From contig JACKFX010000001.1 in NCBI GenBank assembly GCA_020632255.1, positions 124,734 to 182,215 of the forward strand: a stretch of DNA of 57,482 nucleotides, written 5' to 3'. This DNA comes from Pseudomonadales bacterium. GTDB lineage: Bacteria > Patescibacteriota > Microgenomatia > UBA1400 > PJMF01. Under the pieces are notes generated by a model. It did not search any database, was not told the DNA's origin, and was given only the letters and a program-made list of their open reading frames with translations. This document shows, in pieces, positions 48,696 to 57,482 of the stretch (position 1 is the stretch's first letter; every line of letters begins with the position of its first letter). The position numbers and the translations under genes were made by a program.

Positions 48696-49223
48696 TTTCT
48701 CAGATTTAGTGGCAGTTGCAAATTCTTGGTACGTTGAAAAGCCGTATTTGGGAGCGATGGAGCACAGCGTTTCATCAGCTTATACAGTGTGCATCCTTAC
48801 TTTTTCACTTGGTCCAGCAATGCCTAATTCCATATTACTGGGCAGGTCAGGTAGGGCCGGAATAAGCACAAGCGAAAGCTCGCTACTATCGGCGAATCCC
48901 GGAATATTGTTGCTATTGTAGGCAATGTTGCCGGCATTAAGTTCTACAATGCGAGCAACAATCATATCATAGCTGAACGGATATGATGTTTCTTAGGTGA
49001 TCCACTCGGCAATTGCCAGTATATTTTCACCTCTGCGAAGATAATACTCTCGCGATCCATAAAACCGCAAGTTTTCCAGGGTGAAAGCATTGACTTCCGC
49101 GCCTTCTTCGGTATTGGTTTCGTTGGAAACGGCCGTTTCGCTTGTAACAGTGGGCTCTTCTGCCCCACCACAAGCAACGAGCGTTAAAACAAGAAAAATA
49201 ATCAGGATCCAAATGTGCTTCAT
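48687..49223 (-). pseudogene. LysM-domain lipoprotein pseudogene with two in-frame TAA stops, truncated at the 3' end
   Basis: Lipobox LVAC-GG; reading through TAA 48993-48995 and TAA 48780-48782 gives YYLRRGENILAIAEWIT*ETSY... and HTV*ADETLCSIAPKYGFSTYQEFATA; SD AGGAG. Confidence 0.8.
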
Positions 49224-49552
49224 GGGGTTTCTCCTAAGGGAAATAAGTTTGAGATCGTCTGTTAAGGTAGAGGTGCTACAGTTTCGCCAGAGGCAGACAG
49301 TAACACCACATCCCATCAGTATACCTCAAATGACACCGAAAGTAAATAGTTATAGGACTTTTTTGAAAGTGCTGATTGCGTTACCTCTACTTCCTGTTAC
49401 AATAACAAGTACATTTTTGAACATGCATTTTTCTCTGTGTATCTGATTATTTCAAGTATCGTAAAGTAATAGTGTTGTTTCAAAGTGAATAGTAGGCTCA
49501 GGAAGCTGAGCACATACGTTTGCACGTATACGCAAACAAGATTAGGAGGCGC

Positions 49553-49921
49553 ATGGAAGATGCACCACAAGCAGACCCAAAGAAAGTTTTCGTTGGGAAT
49601 TTATCTTTTGAAACAACAAAAGAGACATTAGAAAATATTTTCTCAGAATATGGAGAAATTACCGACCTTCTGTTGGTAACCGACAGAATGACCGGAAGAT
49701 CACGGGGTATTGCCTTTGTGACTTTCGCAACCGAAGAACAAGCCAAAGCAGCTATCGAAGCTATGCACGGAGTTGAACTCGATGGACGTGAACTTATCGT
49801 TAACGTTTCTCGACCAAAAGCTCCTCGTCGTGATGGTTTCCGCGGTGGCTACAATCGTGGTGGAGATCGCCGCGGTGGTGATCGTCGAGGTGGCTACAAT
49901 CGTGGCCCACGTAACGAGTAA
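49553..49921 (+). CDS. RRM RNA-binding protein with an RGG-rich tail
   Basis: RNP2 VFVGNL, RNP1 RGIAFVTF; tail GFRGGYNRGGDRRGGDRRGGYNRG; SD AGGAGG. Confidence 0.95.
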   Translation: MEDAPQADPKKVFVGNLSFETTKETLENIFSEYGEITDLLLVTDRMTGRSRGIAFVTFATEEQAKAAIEAMHGVELDGRELIVNVSRPKAPRRDGFRGGYNRGGDRRGGDRRGGYNRGPRNE

Positions 49922-49942
49922 TTCAATTGTTACTACGAAAAT

Positions 49943-49972
49943 AAAAAAGCATCCCTTCGGGGATGCTTTTTT
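49943..49972 (+). terminator. Intrinsic terminator
   Basis: AAAAAA-GCATCCC-TTCG-GGGATGC-TTTTTT. Confidence 0.9.
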
Positions 49973-50019
49973 ATGAAATACTCACCAAAAGAATAGTTTG
50001 GTGCTATACTCGATGTATT

Positions 50020-50736
50020 ATGAAAAAACTCTTCACATTCCTCGGTTTGACAGTAGTTGTTATTCTTCTGGGTACACTTATTGGACTGGCGTACATTGGT
50101 ATGATACCTGGTGTTTCTTCTTTCTTTGTAAAGCAAGTTGATTTAGGTATAGTGCCAGACCCTCAACAGGTGGTTGAAATCAATGAAACTATTGGTCACG
50201 AGGTAATTACCTCCTCTACTCCAGCTCAATCAGAGCCAGTCTATGAGGGAGAGATCGAGATTGATGGTAGTTATAGTGGTCAGCAGGTTACCTCTGTACT
50301 TGACAGCTGGTCAAAGAATTACGCGATTACTCCATTTTACAATGTTCAAGTCAAGCTTCATGAAGACGGTTCTGCAGAAGCGTCTGGTATGCTCAAGATT
50401 GCCGAAGCCGTTGCACTTGCGAAAAACTTAGGTTACAGCGATGAACAAATTGAAATCGCTTCAAAGTACGCAACTTTTGTAAATGGCGACTTGCCAGTGT
50501 ATGTTGCCGGAGCTGTATCTGTCGTTAACAACCAAGTTTCGGTTGATACATCAACCATCAAAATGGGCAACGTTACGTTACCCAAATATATTGAAAGCCA
50601 AGTCGTTGTTGCTGTAGAAGATGCAGTTGAGCGAAAAATTCGCCAAGTTCCAACAGTACAGATTCAAAACATGGATTTGAGTGGCGGTCAGCTGAATATT
50701 GCTGGAACTGTTCCTCAGCTTGAGCGCGCTGAGTAA
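50020..50736 (+). CDS. Membrane-anchored hypothetical protein
   Basis: MKKLFTFLGLTVVVILLG anchor, beta-rich body; TGCTATACT 9 nt upstream. Confidence 0.75.
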   Translation: MKKLFTFLGLTVVVILLGTLIGLAYIGMIPGVSSFFVKQVDLGIVPDPQQVVEINETIGHEVITSSTPAQSEPVYEGEIEIDGSYSGQQVTSVLDSWSKNYAITPFYNVQVKLHEDGSAEASGMLKIAEAVALAKNLGYSDEQIEIASKYATFVNGDLPVYVAGAVSVVNNQVSVDTSTIKMGNVTLPKYIESQVVVAVEDAVERKIRQVPTVQIQNMDLSGGQLNIAGTVPQLERAE

Positions 50737-51053
50737 GAATATCATCATCACAGCAAAGACTTGACTCATCGATACCTTCCTGTGTGAGTTGATGAAGTTT
50801 TTTACATTCTTGACAGCCAGATCAGAGAGCTCGGACTTTCATTGATATATAACGAGCTTCTTTTGAGGTTTTTCAAGTTCGGTCTGTATAGTGACTCCTA
50901 AAAACGGCGTCTTCTGACCCTGTGGTCGGAAGTTAAAGCATGGAAGGTTAAAATCGGGGTAAAATTTGCAAGGGATGAGACCATCAGAATCAACTTAAGA
51001 AGCTATTGCAAAATTGAAGGTAAGACCCCTATAGTATAGTAAAAGAAAAAACC

Positions 51054-52391
51054 ATGTTTGAAGAATCAGAGCTATCTAAAAGACAAATAGTTGTCGAACA
51101 TCGCAGTAAATCTGTCCCATTGTCATTATTATTATTTGATGACGATATAGAAGAATATCAAAAAGAATTGCAGTTATTTCTAGATCAAGGACCACTTACA
51201 TTTAATTATGTTACTAGCAGACTATCAAGGTTACTGGGTGAAATACCAGAGGAAATATCTCCACAAATTGAACAACATATTAAATCATTGGTTAAAAATT
51301 TTTTTAAAGCATTCATAATCACACATGCACAATTTTTAGATAGTGAGTGGGAAAATCTTCGTTGGGCAGATATTATTTCACTCAACCTTAGTGCTTTAGA
51401 GCAAACAATACAATTAGTCAATGGCAATGTTAATGAACCACTTGTACCAAGTTATGATATTGGGGGAATTGATGCTTTTGCTCTAGAGTTTGCAAATAAG
51501 CCAAACATTCTTTCACTTATACAAATATATACAGAGCAACTACTGGCTGATGCTTTTGTGTATGATAAGTCATACAAAACAGGAAAAACTTCTCACGACT
51601 CCATGGTTTTTTACTCAACAATGGCTGAAACTCTCTATGATACTGCCTCTGAAACAACAGGCGACACAGAAAAACAACTCCAGTTAATAACCAGTACTAT
51701 TTCTTGGCTTGTAGCCACCGGATTATTGCCAAATACCTTTAGATACATGGATGCAGGCTGCGGAAATGGTGAGAGGATATTAAAACCCACCTTAATCCAA
51801 TTAGCTGGAGCACATATTCAACCTAAAAAAACTTATGCTGCTGATCTACATCCACCACAACAAAACGAACATTGGGAGCCTATTTGGCTTGATTTCAGCA
51901 ATCCAAACTTTGCTAATAAAATACTTCGAAATAATCTCGAAAATAAAAAACTCGATCTTATTACATTAATTTGGTCCCCAATTAATGACTTACATATCCG
52001 CGAACAATTATTTGCAATACGAAACTTTGTGGAATTACTAGAAGATAGAGGCTTCCTTATACTTGAGATACCTGTTGGGTATGAAGAAGAGGTTAAACTT
52101 CACTTTAGAGATCAATATCCCAGCAAAACACCACAACCATTTGGAACAATTCAGGTTGCCTTTACCGGTAAAGATAAGAAACAAGTAACTAAAGATTTTA
52201 TGATTAACCCTCTCAAAGACTATATTTTCTTTCAGCAACTAACTGGACTTAAACTACTCAACAGAGAGCAAGATTACCCAACAGATATTTCTACTTTTTA
52301 TACTACACAAGGTGGGAAAAAAAGAGCTTTCTTAGTATTTCAAAAGGTGGAAAAGCAAAGAATATCATTGGCTGAAATGGTTAGAAAATAA
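51054..52391 (+). CDS. Class I SAM-dependent methyltransferase domain protein
   Basis: Motif I YMDAGCGNGE, YAADL, LDLITLIW, GFLILE; helical N-terminal half; visibly AT-rich. Confidence 0.75.
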   Translation: MFEESELSKRQIVVEHRSKSVPLSLLLFDDDIEEYQKELQLFLDQGPLTFNYVTSRLSRLLGEIPEEISPQIEQHIKSLVKNFFKAFIITHAQFLDSEWENLRWADIISLNLSALEQTIQLVNGNVNEPLVPSYDIGGIDAFALEFANKPNILSLIQIYTEQLLADAFVYDKSYKTGKTSHDSMVFYSTMAETLYDTASETTGDTEKQLQLITSTISWLVATGLLPNTFRYMDAGCGNGERILKPTLIQLAGAHIQPKKTYAADLHPPQQNEHWEPIWLDFSNPNFANKILRNNLENKKLDLITLIWSPINDLHIREQLFAIRNFVELLEDRGFLILEIPVGYEEEVKLHFRDQYPSKTPQPFGTIQVAFTGKDKKQVTKDFMINPLKDYIFFQQLTGLKLLNREQDYPTDISTFYTTQGGKKRAFLVFQKVEKQRISLAEMVRK

Positions 52392-52560
52392 AGTATTTTC
52401 TGTTTGTTCGCCGCTTATATTGCCCTCAATATATTGCTTTAAGTGAGTAAGACTTTTCTCTACAAGAGCATTTGCTCTTTCTTTCTGTATTGCTGCAGCA
52501 TCTGCTGGGGCTAACCTGTCAGACTTAGTAATAGCCTTTCTGTTAAATTTTAATACTGAA

Positions 52561-54759
52561 TCAAATAAATCCCAATTTTGTTAACTTTTCCCTAACTCTC
52601 CATGTAGTTAGCATCACTTGATCCTTTCCGATTCCTGATACATCAGCAAAATAAAGATCTAGAGCAAAAAGCAACTCTTCTTGGGAAGAAAACAATTCTA
52701 AAATGCTTTCTCTTGTTTTTTTCACATCTTCTTGTGAAGCTCTCAGATCATCAAAATTTGCTAATATTTTTACGCCTATTTCTTCATCATTATAAATAGA
52801 AGAGAGTATAAGTTGTTTTTCATATAGTGATAATCCTCCAATTCGAGATAAATATTGAGAAGCTACGGCAAGATTATCTTCAGTCTGTGACATCCCAAGA
52901 CCTTTTCCGTCATCATGCAAAAGTGCAGCCAACTTTAATAACTTTTTCATTCTTTCGTTTGCTTGAGTAAAGATTTGTCCTGTATTGTCCATTACCCGTT
53001 GAGTGTGTTCAGCTAAAGTGTCATCTCCATGTCCTGATTTTCTTTGGGAAAGTTCTGCTAATATAGTGTTTTCTTGCAAAAACTCTTCTACAGACAAAAC
53101 AGTATGTTTTTCATTCAAAAGAGTAGTGAATTCTTCAATAGAAAATGTTGGTTGACCATTTTTATCAAAAATATGCATGAACTTTTCTGTGTCAACCATT
53201 ATTTTTTTGAGCTGTTCTATTTGATCATCACTATTCACAATAAAACCAGCTATTTCATCTGTAGCCATACCAATCAATGTAAGCTTATTAATATCATCAC
53301 TATCGAAACCTTTTACTGTTCGATGAGTAGAACGTTGTTTGGTCTCTTGTTTAGGAGAAAAGATAATAATAACTCCGTTTTCACCCGACTGCCTCATATA
53401 TTCACCCAAACTTGCATTTCTTTGAGCAAATTTTATCGTTTCAGACGGAAGTGAATCCATGACTGGAATTGAGTTTAAAAATCCTGGAAGAAAATTTGGT
53501 GTGGGAGGGATATATGGAATACACTCTTGTGCATATGCACCATTGCGAATAATACTTTCTATAGCAGAAAATGAATTTCCTCTAACAAAAAATTCACCCT
53601 TTTCTGCTCGTGCGAATTTTCTTACCGCATCAGACATTCCAGTGTGTTTCAGACTAGTAAAGTAAACATCACCCAACAACCTATCAAGTTCTTCTGAATC
53701 TCTTTTTGTACCAGAATCAAATATTTCATCTCTATCTATGAGTTTCTGAATGTCTTCTTCCAAATTTTGCTCATCAAGTCTTGAGCGCATTTTTCCTAAC
53801 CAACTAGTATTAGCTTGTCTAAGTCTAGAGTTAAGCTTTTCTAGATTCTCTGGATTGATAATTATCAACTTTGTATAGTGACCATAGGGGGATCTTTCTT
53901 TAGCTAATTCCTCAGCAATCAATGGATTAGAAAACATATCATCGATAATTTGAGCATAATACTCACTTCTTTCAAGAAAATCTTCTTGATTTGCAAAACT
54001 AAAAATAATATTGTCATATAGGGAAACAGAAACATCACTGTGTTTTGATAAAACATCAACATATGGTTCCCAATTATGATTAAATGAAATGAGCTGTTGG
54101 CCTTCATTCAATAATCCTGGTAAATTCTTCAAAATATGTCTGTTCATGTTGTGGTCATCTTGTTTACCAACAAGATAGTCTACTGCGAGTTTAGGATCTA
54201 AAAAAATAAAATGTTCAAAATAGAGGGCATCAAATTCTGTCACAGAGAATTTTTTTGTTTTACAAATCTCATCTTTTATCGCATCAAGAACAGGCTCTCT
54301 AGCACAAAGCATAGCCGGAACAGTTGACTCTGGTCCAAAATAAGTAAACGTTTGAACGATACTTTTGATAGTGTCTTCTCCCTCTACAGGATCTAAACAT
54401 CTAGTTAAAGTAGACAAAAAAGTTCCTTTCGAACGAACTATTTTTTCCCACCTTCTAGAATTTAAAAACTCAGAAAGAGGAAGTTGCTTTACTTTAGCAG
54501 AATCATTTTTATCAAAATCACTATTTGTTGTAAGTTTTTGCTGCATTTCTAAGAGGAAATCTGCATCAGGAACAGCTAAAAAACTATTGGGGAGTTCATC
54601 AATAATGTCTTGAGGTGCCTTTTGCGGTGGATGCTCATTGCCTGGCTTCGTTGGAGTTATTTCTTGAACTTGTTGATGAGTAATTTCACTTTGATAAGGC
54701 TGCCTGTTTCCCAAATCTTGAAAAGAGACTTCATAATCTATCCCAACGGGATCTTGCAA
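52561..54759 (-). CDS. Large protein with a C-terminal HD domain
   Basis: HGDDTLAEHT...AALLHDDGKG near the C-terminus; remainder unassigned; TTG start uncertain. Confidence 0.7.
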   Translation of the reverse strand: MQDPVGIDYEVSFQDLGNRQPYQSEITHQQVQEITPTKPGNEHPPQKAPQDIIDELPNSFLAVPDADFLLEMQQKLTTNSDFDKNDSAKVKQLPLSEFLNSRRWEKIVRSKGTFLSTLTRCLDPVEGEDTIKSIVQTFTYFGPESTVPAMLCAREPVLDAIKDEICKTKKFSVTEFDALYFEHFIFLDPKLAVDYLVGKQDDHNMNRHILKNLPGLLNEGQQLISFNHNWEPYVDVLSKHSDVSVSLYDNIIFSFANQEDFLERSEYYAQIIDDMFSNPLIAEELAKERSPYGHYTKLIIINPENLEKLNSRLRQANTSWLGKMRSRLDEQNLEEDIQKLIDRDEIFDSGTKRDSEELDRLLGDVYFTSLKHTGMSDAVRKFARAEKGEFFVRGNSFSAIESIIRNGAYAQECIPYIPPTPNFLPGFLNSIPVMDSLPSETIKFAQRNASLGEYMRQSGENGVIIIFSPKQETKQRSTHRTVKGFDSDDINKLTLIGMATDEIAGFIVNSDDQIEQLKKIMVDTEKFMHIFDKNGQPTFSIEEFTTLLNEKHTVLSVEEFLQENTILAELSQRKSGHGDDTLAEHTQRVMDNTGQIFTQANERMKKLLKLAALLHDDGKGLGMSQTEDNLAVASQYLSRIGGLSLYEKQLILSSIYNDEEIGVKILANFDDLRASQEDVKKTRESILELFSSQEELLFALDLYFADVSGIGKDQVMLTTWRVREKLTKLGFI

Positions 54760-55030
54760 TCAAAAGTGAAGTTGAGCCTGAAGTTTGGATGCTATTGATG
54801 CAGTTAGAATGTAGGCAATATTAAGCTAACATGGAAGAAGACGTTAATGTAATTATTAGTTGAACCAGGTGAAGCAGGTAAACTTATTGAATTATAGAAA
54901 TGCTCATTGAAGAATGGTATGTGAATCGCCACATCAGACAACAAAGATTGGCAAGTGTTGTTGAGATTGTGAAAGACAAGAAAGAAAAGCAAATGGAGCA
55001 AAAAAAAGAAAAACCAGAAGAAGTGGTTGT
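54760..55030 (+). pseudogene. DUF4145-like gene relic
   Basis: Fragments across frames read EVEPEV/DAIDAVR/VGNI/MEEDVNVII/VEPGEAGKLIEL/EMLIEEWYVNRHIRQQRLASVVEI, matching the recalled C-terminus of DUF4145 proteins. Confidence 0.65.
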
Positions 55031-55357
55031 TGAAGAATATTCAACTAACATTTCTATTATCCCATCCCTTCTTGTATTGATAGTGGGTTCATTAGTTTTA
55101 AATGTACCTGGATGGGTTATGCATCTGGGGTGATTCTCATTGTTCAATCAGGTCTGAATATTTTTTGCTTTTAAGCAAGAGTTGTTCTGAAGAGGAAGTT
55201 GAGAGACAAGCAAGTATAATTTGTTCGATTATTTATTAAAATGAAGTTAGACAAACATAGTGAATCCAGTTCGGAAGCTAAAAGAAGCCTTTGAGCAGGT
55301 TGCTAAATGAAAAAAGATGACTAACGCAGACTGGTTTATAGTCTATAATGGTCTTTG

Positions 55358-56916
55358 ATGAAAAGTCGTGCTGTTCTCTATTTAAGGTATTCAGACAAAA
55401 AACAAGATGGTGGTACTAGTATTCCTGTGCAAAGAAAAGCTGTCTGAGATGTCAAAGGTAATTCATGGAAAGAAGTTGACGAACTCAAATACGAAGCCGT
55501 CAGTGCAGACCACAACAAAGAAGGCAAAACCAATAGAGAGTTGCCACCCTCAATTATTGTAGAAAGAACAAAAGGTAAGTTTGATGTTTTAGTTGTGTAT
55601 AACATCAGTCTTCCTGCTCGGTCTGTTGAACATCAGCAACTTCGTAATTCTCTGTTAGAGAAACAACAATTTTAAGAAGTGCTATTGAAAAGATTGATGA
55701 AATTCCCTGGAAGATTCATTGAAGTTGTTTTACCTTGGTCAAGCAGAATTTATTAACTCAGTTAAGAAAATAGCTAGTCGCGATGCAATGTATGAAAGAG
55801 TTGATGAGGACTTTGGCCATGGCAAGGACCACTAGGATATTACAGCACAAGAAAAAGGATGAAAAGTTAAAACCACATGCTATCTATAAGCCAATTAGAA
55901 TCAACAATAAGACAAGTTTTTGAGGAATACTCAATCTAACAGTTGAACAAACACAACTTGCAAAGAGGTTCTCAAAAAGAAAAATTGGTTAATCGCTAAT
56001 GGAAAAGCCATTAAGTTTTCGAAGCAAACAGTTGAGGGAATGTTGAAGAATATTTACTACACTGGTTATTTGTTAAACAAAACAAAGTGGCGAAATAGTT
56101 AAGGGAAAACATAAGGCAATTTATTAGCCTTGGAGTTGTGGAAGAAGTGCCAAAGCATTAAGACTGGTAAGTCAAAAAACAGAGGTAAGCCACGAAGAGT
56201 TCATAATAACCCAGACTTCCTTTGTTGAAGTTTGTTACTAGAACACTGTGGTGTTCCACTACGTGCATGCTAAGCAAAACAGCAGTATCCCTTTGTACAC
56301 TTAGTAGAACTAAAGGCTGTGAACTGGAGTAAACACTTCAAAAAACAAATTGGCAAGCAAAGTATCTCGAGTTCAAAGTTTAATAAACGAGTTTGCAGAA
56401 TATTTAAGGATGTTAAACCTGATGAGAGACTTGTGAAAAATTATGGATGTCTTTGTGGATGAATATGAGGCTATGAGCGATGAAATTCAGGGTGATTACC
56501 TAAGACAGCTTGAACGGGTCAAAGAACTTGAACAAGATAAGAAATTTGTGATGAAACAGGGCAAAAAGGGAAACATCACAGAAGAAGACTTCAAGGAAGA
56601 GATGGCTGAAATTAACCAAAACCTTCTTTTAGCAAAGAATGACCTTAATGAATTATATAAAGAAGAACTCAGTATTGATTCAATGTTAGCTGAGGCTAAA
56701 GATTTTTTGCGAACTGTTGAAAATACTTGGTATAACGCAAATCCTTACTACAAGGTTCAATTACAAAGCTTTATTTTCCCTGAAGGCGTAATATATGGAA
56801 AAAATGGGTTTGCGAACTCAAAAATAAACCCATTGTTCAGTATAATTTCAGACACTATGCCTGAACAGTCAATGAATGTGACCCCACGGGGAATCGAACC
56901 CCGCTCTACAGGATGA
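55358..56916 (+). pseudogene. Large serine recombinase pseudogene
   Basis: MKSRAVLYLRYSDKKQ (catalytic YxRxS), FDVLVVY, WPWQGPLGY, LKNIYYTGYL, KGKHKAI, NPDF and CG.PL fragments separated by many frameshifts and stops; intact coiled-coil C-terminus 56443-56916. Confidence 0.85.
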
Positions 56917-56950
56917 AAACCTGTTATCCTAGCCGATAGACGATGGGGCC
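56879..56950 (-). tRNA. tRNA-Glu(TTC)
   Basis: GGCCCCA...TGGGGTC-A; anticodon stem ACAGG/CCTGT, loop TTTTCAT; CCA not encoded. Confidence 0.97.
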
Positions 56951-56984
56951 ACTTAGTGTTGCCAGCGCGGATGCGGTGGAAAAG

Positions 56985-57401
56985 TTAAGTGAGCCAAGTT
57001 ATGTTTTTAAAATGCTCAATGTTTGTACCTACGAGGGATATGATATCAAAGCGGAGATCGAAGTGGTAGCCATGGTTTTGGCAATACGTTAGTGCCACTC
57101 GGCAGAGCGAGCGCATTTTTTTGTAGCCAACGCTGTGGGTGGGATGCCCAAAGGCGGATGTGCGGCGGCGTTTAACTTCGACAAAGACCAATTCATGTTG
57201 CTTGGTATCAAGAGCTATGATATCGACTTCGTAGTTGTTAAGGCGCGTATTTCTCTCGAGAATTGTGTAACCACGTTCAGTGAGAAATAGACAAGCTAAT
57301 TCTTCTCCTCTGTTTCCGTAGGAGATGCGGGCGTTTTTACGCTGCTTTGGTGTTAGTTGCCTTTTCTTTAATACGGGTAGCTGCTTTTCCGATTCTTTCA
57401 C
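56985..57401 (-). CDS. YraN family (UPF0102) nuclease-like protein
   Basis: [12 protein letters not shown]...GYTILERN...EVDIIA...VFVEVKRR...RFDII. Confidence 0.9.
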   Translation of the reverse strand: MKESEKQLPVLKKRQLTPKQRKNARISYGNRGEELACLFLTERGYTILERNTRLNNYEVDIIALDTKQHELVFVEVKRRRTSAFGHPTHSVGYKKMRSLCRVALTYCQNHGYHFDLRFDIISLVGTNIEHFKNITWLT

Positions 57402-57480
57402 GGAGGAAGTATAACTTACTTCTTCTGACAGAACCCTTACGTTTAACTTCGATTTGTTTGATTGAAGGTAAGCTTACTGG
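57337..57480 (-). CDS. rplS: 3' end of 50S ribosomal protein L19 (begins outside the window)
   Basis: Manual translation [40 protein letters not shown] matches the L19 C-terminus; not in the ORF track. Confidence 0.9.
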   Translation of the reverse strand, partial: PVSLPSIKQIEVKRKGSVRRSKLYFLRERIGKAATRIKEKATNTKAA

Positions 57481-57482
57481 GT

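Noticed and set aside
48780-48995. TAA reassignment as the explanation for the two in-frame stops
   Set aside because: TAA ends many conserved genes here (efp, greA, rplS), so the code is standard and pseudogenisation is simpler.
49230-49320. CTGGCGAAA in the LysM gene leader resembling a ZTP riboswitch core
   Set aside because: The required upstream GUGA context and downstream pseudoknot partner were not found.
50740-51030. Interrupted minus-strand frame CKFYPDFNLPCFNF...IYQ*KSELSD
   Set aside because: Might be a gene remnant at the island edge, but I cannot assign a family or a start.

Overview
Chromosomal window from a small-genome bacterium using the standard code (TAA, TAG and TGA all end conserved genes). 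Gene content and protein style suggest Patescibacteria/CPR, probably Microgenomates; this is inference, not a database result. Most of the window is housekeeping: a RluB-family pseudouridine synthase, epmA-efp, pyk, rpsU, proS, prs, secA, serS, lysS, two greA-family genes, an atpBEFHAGDC operon, mutM, a split transketolase, truB, a GT4-GH57-GH15-sugar kinase cluster, a YraN gene and the 3' end of rplS. Four tRNAs are present (His, Arg, Lys, Glu), none with an encoded CCA. Features outside the ORF track: (1) two transcription-attenuating T-box riboswitches in front of serS and proS, each with a variable bulge base matching the cognate tRNA discriminator; the serS leader is very compact and resembles the actinobacterial ileS type; (2) a LysRS fused to a C-terminal HD domain; (3) many extended -10 boxes 4-9 nt before start codons, suggesting leaderless mRNAs; (4) a dispersed GCGCC(GC)AGGCA palindrome family; (5) a two-LysM lipoprotein pseudogene broken by two in-frame TAA codons; (6) a decayed island at tRNA-Glu with a methyltransferase, an HD-domain protein, and deletion-riddled DUF4145-like and large serine recombinase relics. 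No CRISPR array, rRNA or intact transposase was seen. All assignments come from reading motifs by eye.
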